From Candidatus Omnitrophota bacterium (GTDB lineage Bacteria; Omnitrophota; Gorgyraeia; JACQQV01): a DNA stretch of 64,000 nucleotides. The stretch covers positions 4,402-68,401 of the forward strand of contig JACQQV010000008.1 of assembly GCA_016206785.1 (NCBI GenBank). The letters are read 5' to 3'. The position numbers and the translations under genes were made by a program. The notes below the pieces were generated by a model that searched no databases, was not told where the DNA came from, and saw only the letters and a list, made by a program, of their open reading frames with translations. Positions 59,806 to 64,000 of the stretch are shown here, one piece after another; the stretch's first letter is position 1, and each line of letters begins with the position of its first letter.

Positions 59806-60591
59806 ATGCACTTTTCCAGAAAACGACTTTTTGCAATAGGCCTTCTCCTTCTTTTTTTCCTTTCTCTTCTTTTTGGAAATAGCCCTCCGTTTCGTCTCTT
59901 GCGCACCTCGATCGCCGATCCTTCATTCACGCTTTTACGCGTAAGCACTCTTTTCTTGAATGACCTCCTTTACCTTTCCCGAAATTCACGCCTCGTGGGA
60001 GAAAACCGTCTCCTCAAAAGAAAAGTCGCCTTGCTCAAAGAGGAGGTTTCTTCTCTCCAAGAAGATCTCCAGCAGTCTCATCGCTTCTCCCTCTTTTCAG
60101 AATTCCAAAAAGCCCACTCGGAGACGAGGGGGCTTTTTTGTCGCATTATCGGGAGGGACCCTTCCCGCTGGAACCAAATCATTCTTCTGGACAAGGGAAA
60201 AAAAGAGGGGTTGCAGGAAGACATGGCGGTCTTGGGGATGGAGGGGCTTGTGGGAAGGTTGATCCAGGTGGAGGAGAGTTGGAGCAAGGCGCTTCTCATC
60301 ACCGATCCGAATTCAAAAGTAGGGGCGGTCCTGGAGCGGAGTCGAGAAGTGGGTCTTTTGGTTGGCGAGTCGCGGGGGCTTCTCTTCATGGAATATCTCT
60401 CCCCAGGCGCGGATGTCCGCGAAGGAGATCGGGTCTTGACAGCGGGGTTTGGAGAAATTTTTCCCAAGGGGATTGTCATCGGTGAGGTGGTTGGTTTCGG
60501 AAGAAGGGAAGAAGATCTTCTCATGTATGCGTTGGTGAAGCCGATTGAGCGGCTCTCCCAACTGGAAGAGGTGCTGTGCGTCCAACGATAG
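59806..60591 (+). CDS. mreC: Rod shape-determining protein MreC
   Basis: TM segment, coiled coil (ENRLLK), LDKG...G, GLVGR, LITD and FPKGIVIGEV. Confidence 0.92.
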   Translation: MHFSRKRLFAIGLLLLFFLSLLFGNSPPFRLLRTSIADPSFTLLRVSTLFLNDLLYLSRNSRLVGENRLLKRKVALLKEEVSSLQEDLQQSHRFSLFSEFQKAHSETRGLFCRIIGRDPSRWNQIILLDKGKKEGLQEDMAVLGMEGLVGRLIQVEESWSKALLITDPNSKVGAVLERSREVGLLVGESRGLLFMEYLSPGADVREGDRVLTAGFGEIFPKGIVIGEVVGFGRREEDLLMYALVKPIERLSQLEEVLCVQR

Positions 60592-61007
60592 TTTTTCTTT
60601 TTATTTTTCTTCAGTCTCTCTTCGGGAAATGGATGATCTGGAGTCGTATCTTTCCGGAAGGGGATCTCGCGTGCCTTGTCCTTTTGTCTTATACGATGGG
60701 GCCTTTCAAAGGCGCTTCTTTGGGGGGCGCGGCGGGTCTTTTCCGGGACGCCCTCTCGAGCCACCCTTTCGGAGTCGACATCGTTCTCTTCGGGGGGATC
60801 GGTTTGTTCTCCGGGTTTCTGGGACAACGCCGACGTTTTGGGCTCCCTTGGCAAAAAGTGGTGCTGATCTTTATGGCGGTCCTCCTGAGAGATGCCTTTT
60901 TTATCGGTTCATCGTTTCATTTCCTCTCTGATTATCAAGACTCTGTTTTTCCGAGCGCAACGCTCACAGCCCTCCTTGGCGTAATCCTTTTATTCTTTTT
61001 TCCATGA
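60576..61007 (+). CDS. mreD: Rod shape-determining protein MreD
   Basis: Small hydrophobic protein with GLFRD; lies between mreC and mrdA. Confidence 0.75.
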   Translation: MRPTIVFLFIFLQSLFGKWMIWSRIFPEGDLACLVLLSYTMGPFKGASLGGAAGLFRDALSSHPFGVDIVLFGGIGLFSGFLGQRRRFGLPWQKVVLIFMAVLLRDAFFIGSSFHFLSDYQDSVFPSATLTALLGVILLFFFP

Positions 61008-62695
61008 GGATAAGACATCTCGAAAAAATCCTGTCGTCCCTTTTCTTCCTTCTCCTCCTTGGACTTTTAATCCTTCAGGTCTTTCAAGGAAAGTCGTACC
61101 GCCTTCAGAGCCAAGGCAACATCATTCGGCTCATTCCGATGCCGGCTCCCCGGGGAGAGATTTCCGATCGGAATGGGGTCCTCCTTGCCGATACCCACCT
61201 CACCTTGGACCTCGCCCTTATCCCTCAAGAGACAAAGAATTTGAACGCATTGGTAGAGAAACTCTCGAGGATCCTTGGGGTGGATCGGGAGAGGATGTTT
61301 CAGGTCTATGCCAAAGGGCTCTCCGCCCCTTTTACACCGGTTCCCGTCGTGAAAGATATCTCCAAGGAGATGGCGATCTCTCTTGAGGAGAGGCGGGACC
61401 TTCCGGGGACCGTGGTGATGAATACCCCCCATCGCCGTTATCTGTATGGGATAGAAACGGCGCATCTTCTTGGAAGGCTGGGCGAGATCGACCCCTGGGA
61501 ACTGGAACGGTTGCGTCCTTATGGATACAAGATGAAGGACCTCTTGGGGCAAGGAGGGATCGAAGAATCGTTTGACAATTACCTGAGGGGGGAGGATGGC
61601 GGCGTTCAACTCAAAGTGAACAATAAAGGATTCAAGGTGGAGACACTTGGGTCTCGTCGGCCTGTCAAAGGAAAAGATTTGGCCCTCACTCTCGATATCC
61701 GCCTTCAGGGCTTTATCACTTCGCTCCTTCAGGGACGGCCTTCGGCGGTTTGCGTGATGAACCCCCAAACGGGCGAAATTTTGGCACTGGCCAGTTCTCC
61801 TTCCTTTGATCCCAACGGAGATATTTCTCCTCTTCTCCATTCGCAGGAGAGACCTTTCCTCAATCGGGTGACGCAAGGCCTCTATCCTCCCGGCTCTACC
61901 TTTAAAGTGGCGATTGCGGCCACGGCCCTTGAAACAAGAAAGATAGGCGAACAGACGTCGTTTTTTTGCCCAGGGTCTCTCACCCTCGGGAAAGATCAAT
62001 TTGATTGTTGGAGGGAAGGGGGCCACGGGGAACAGCGCCTCATCGGTGCTCTCCAACATTCCTGCAATGTGTTTTTCTACCATGCGGGTCTCCTCACAGG
62101 ACCGGATCTCATCGCAGAGTATGCCCGCTTTTTTGGATTTGGAGAGAAATCGTCTCTTGAACTTCCCCATGAGGCGAAAGGGTTTGTTCCAAATTCTCTT
62201 TGGAAGCGGTTGGCCAAGCGGGAAAGATGGTACGACGGGGAAACGGTGAACTTTGCGATCGGTCAAGGGTACCTTACGGTCACACCCCTCCAAGTCCTCC
62301 GCATGGCTTCTGCGATCGCCACCGATGGGAAACTCGTCGACCCTTATCTGGTGAAGCGGATTGGCGTTTTGGAAACGAAGGCAGGAAAAACGCGTCACCT
62401 TCCCCTCTCAAAAAAGACGCTTGCGGCGATCCAAGAAGGGATGTTTCTCGTCGTCAATTCAGATGAAGGAACAGGACGATACGCAGCGGTGCCAGGTCTT
62501 GAAATCGCCGGCAAGACCGGCACAGCGCAGGTGCATGGCAAGGCCCCCCATGCCTGGTTCGTTGGATACAGTCCCAGCCGCGATCCCCGAGCCAGTCTTG
62601 TGGTGTTTATGGAGCATGGAGGAAAAGGAGGTCTTGTGGCCAGTCAAATTGCCGCATCCATTTTTCAGAAGATGAAGGAGTTGGAACTCTTGTGA
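61004..62695 (+). CDS. mrdA: Penicillin-binding protein 2
   Basis: APRGEISDRNG, YPPGSTFK (SxxK), SCN and GKTGTAQ. Confidence 0.95.
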   Translation: MRIRHLEKILSSLFFLLLLGLLILQVFQGKSYRLQSQGNIIRLIPMPAPRGEISDRNGVLLADTHLTLDLALIPQETKNLNALVEKLSRILGVDRERMFQVYAKGLSAPFTPVPVVKDISKEMAISLEERRDLPGTVVMNTPHRRYLYGIETAHLLGRLGEIDPWELERLRPYGYKMKDLLGQGGIEESFDNYLRGEDGGVQLKVNNKGFKVETLGSRRPVKGKDLALTLDIRLQGFITSLLQGRPSAVCVMNPQTGEILALASSPSFDPNGDISPLLHSQERPFLNRVTQGLYPPGSTFKVAIAATALETRKIGEQTSFFCPGSLTLGKDQFDCWREGGHGEQRLIGALQHSCNVFFYHAGLLTGPDLIAEYARFFGFGEKSSLELPHEAKGFVPNSLWKRLAKRERWYDGETVNFAIGQGYLTVTPLQVLRMASAIATDGKLVDPYLVKRIGVLETKAGKTRHLPLSKKTLAAIQEGMFLVVNSDEGTGRYAAVPGLEIAGKTGTAQVHGKAPHAWFVGYSPSRDPRASLVVFMEHGGKGGLVASQIAASIFQKMKELELL

Positions 62696-63768
62696 GAAAG
62701 AGAGATCCTCTTTTTTGGACAGTCCTTCTTCTCTGTTTTCTGGGACTTTTGTCCCTCTATAGTGCGAGTCCTGATCGCTCTTTTTCTCTTAGGGGAAATT
62801 TTGCGTTGCGACAATGCCTCTGGATGATTGTCGCCTTTTCTTTGTTTTGGGTCACTTTCTCTGTGGACTATAAGAAATTTTACGACCTTGCCTATCTTCT
62901 ATACGGGATGAATGTACTCCTTCTTGTCCTTGTCCTTCTTCTGGGAAGGGCAACCCGTCTCGGCGCCCAGCGGTGGTTGGGGGTGGGGCCCTTTGCGTTT
63001 CAACCGTCGGAGTTTATCAAGATCACCCTTGTCTTGGCGGCCGCCCGATTCTTAAGCGGAAAGGACCTTCATGCTTGCGGATGGCGAACCCTTTTGGGCG
63101 CATTCCTTTTGGCAGCCTTTCCGGCACTTTTGATTCTCAAAGAACCGCATCTCGGCACCTCTCTCATCCTTTTCCCAATACTCCTCGGGATGCTGTATGC
63201 GGCGAACTTACGGCGGGACTTTTTCCTCTGGATTCTTTTTATGGCCCTCATCGTCAGCCCTCTCGGCTGGTTCATCCTCAAAGAGTATCAGAAGAACCGG
63301 CTTCTCATCTTCATCAATCCCAATCTTGATCCCTTAGGGGCAGGGTATTCGGTGATTCAATCCCGCATTTCGCTCGGTTCAGGATGGCTTTTCGGAAAGG
63401 GATACCTTTCCGGCACCCAGAGTCAACTGAACTTTCTCCCTGAACGTCACACCGATTTCATCTTTTCCGTGATCGGGGAGGAGTGGGGGTTTCTTGGCAC
63501 CAGTTTTCTTATCTTTTTATACCTCTTTCTTGTCAAAAGGGGTCTTGCCATCGCTGCCCGGGCCCGGGAAGCATTCGCCCAGCTCGTTGTAGCGGGGCTC
63601 ACCACCCTCCTGGCAGGCCACATTTTTGTGAATATCGCCATGACCATGGGGTTCCTTCCGGTCGTAGGACTCCCTCTTCCTTTCCTAAGTTATGGAGGGA
63701 GTTGGCTCACCAGTTGTCTCATCTCAGTCGCGCTCATCCTGAACGTGGGAACCGAGCATAGTCGTTAA
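62692..63768 (+). CDS. rodA: Rod shape-determining SEDS protein RodA
   Basis: GAQRW, FQPSEFIK, LPERHTDFIF, EEWGF and PLPFLSYGGS; follows mrdA. Confidence 0.95.
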   Translation: MRKRDPLFWTVLLLCFLGLLSLYSASPDRSFSLRGNFALRQCLWMIVAFSLFWVTFSVDYKKFYDLAYLLYGMNVLLLVLVLLLGRATRLGAQRWLGVGPFAFQPSEFIKITLVLAAARFLSGKDLHACGWRTLLGAFLLAAFPALLILKEPHLGTSLILFPILLGMLYAANLRRDFFLWILFMALIVSPLGWFILKEYQKNRLLIFINPNLDPLGAGYSVIQSRISLGSGWLFGKGYLSGTQSQLNFLPERHTDFIFSVIGEEWGFLGTSFLIFLYLFLVKRGLAIAARAREAFAQLVVAGLTTLLAGHIFVNIAMTMGFLPVVGLPLPFLSYGGSWLTSCLISVALILNVGTEHSR

Positions 63769-63784
63769 ATACCTCGCTTTGCTC

Positions 63785-63804
63785 CCTGTCTGCCGACAGG
63801 CAGG
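63785..63804. repeat. Short REP-like palindrome
   Basis: CCTGTCTG-CCGA-CAGGCAGG; 8-bp stem with one G-T pair. Confidence 0.6.
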
Positions 63805-63821
63805 CGTAAGTCACGTTCTCA

Positions 63822-63850
63822 TTGACAAAACCTCTTGTTTATGCTATACT
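63822..63850 (+). promoter_or_regulatory. Sigma70-type promoter
   Basis: TTGACA-17 bp-TATACT with an extended -10 TG. Confidence 0.8.
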
Positions 63851-63890
63851 TACACCAGTTTATAAAATGTAACTTATATCAGAGGTGCTT

Positions 63891-64000
63891 TTGGACAAAA
63901 GAGAGGTTCCTAAGTACTTTCGGATAGGGGAGGTGATGGAAAACTCCAACCTTTCCCGACAGGTGATCCATAACTATACCCAACTCGATCTCATCCGGGA
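63891..64000 (+). CDS. MerR-family HTH protein (partial, runs off the window)
   Basis: Translated by hand from TTG after AGAGG: LDKREVPKYFRIGEVMENSNLSRQVIHNYTQLDLIR, a MerR-type HTH pattern. Confidence 0.7.
   Translation, partial: MDKREVPKYFRIGEVMENSNLSRQVIHNYTQLDLIR

Noticed and set aside
59133-60854. Minus-strand ORFs of 271 and 258 aa
   Set aside because: Antisense shadows of mreB, mreC and mreD.
61067-62398. 443-aa minus-strand ORF
   Set aside because: Antisense shadow of mrdA with no recognisable motifs.

Overview
This is a gene-dense bacterial chromosomal segment, mostly on the + strand. The gene content is consistent with a PVC-related lineage such as Omnitrophota, but that assignment is inference only. 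It has four blocks. (1) 1-10 kb, housekeeping: suhB (partial), an alpha/beta-hydrolase, tRNA-Pro(CGG), acyP, a metallophosphoesterase, ligA (with an in-frame lipoprotein-like tail), xerD, DUF503, rbfA, nrnA, truB, ribF and a PilZ protein. (2) 10.2-26.5 kb, the dcw cluster from mraZ to ftsA, ending without ftsZ. (3) 26.5-49.3 kb, a type IV filament block: two PilB/PilC pairs, five pilins, two PilM-PilN fusion/PilO/PilP-like sets, three GT-C-like membrane proteins, a GAF histidine kinase with a degenerate GGDEF domain, a receiver protein, an HTH_17 protein and a c-di-GMP-I riboswitch. (4) 49.3-64 kb: yggS-proC-yggT-PNP-ileS-dksA-lspA-lgt-rluD-aroA-mreBCD-mrdA-rodA and a partial MerR-like gene. 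The strongest unexplained signal is a covarying 14-bp palindrome (ACCCCGTTA...TAACGGGGT). It sits as a 33-bp in-frame unit in the leader peptides of two pilin genes, where it recreates the G|FT cleavage site, and again in a 5' UTR. Next are a c-di-GMP riboswitch whose 3' strand is tandemly duplicated, and the placement of the pilus block where ftsZ would be expected.
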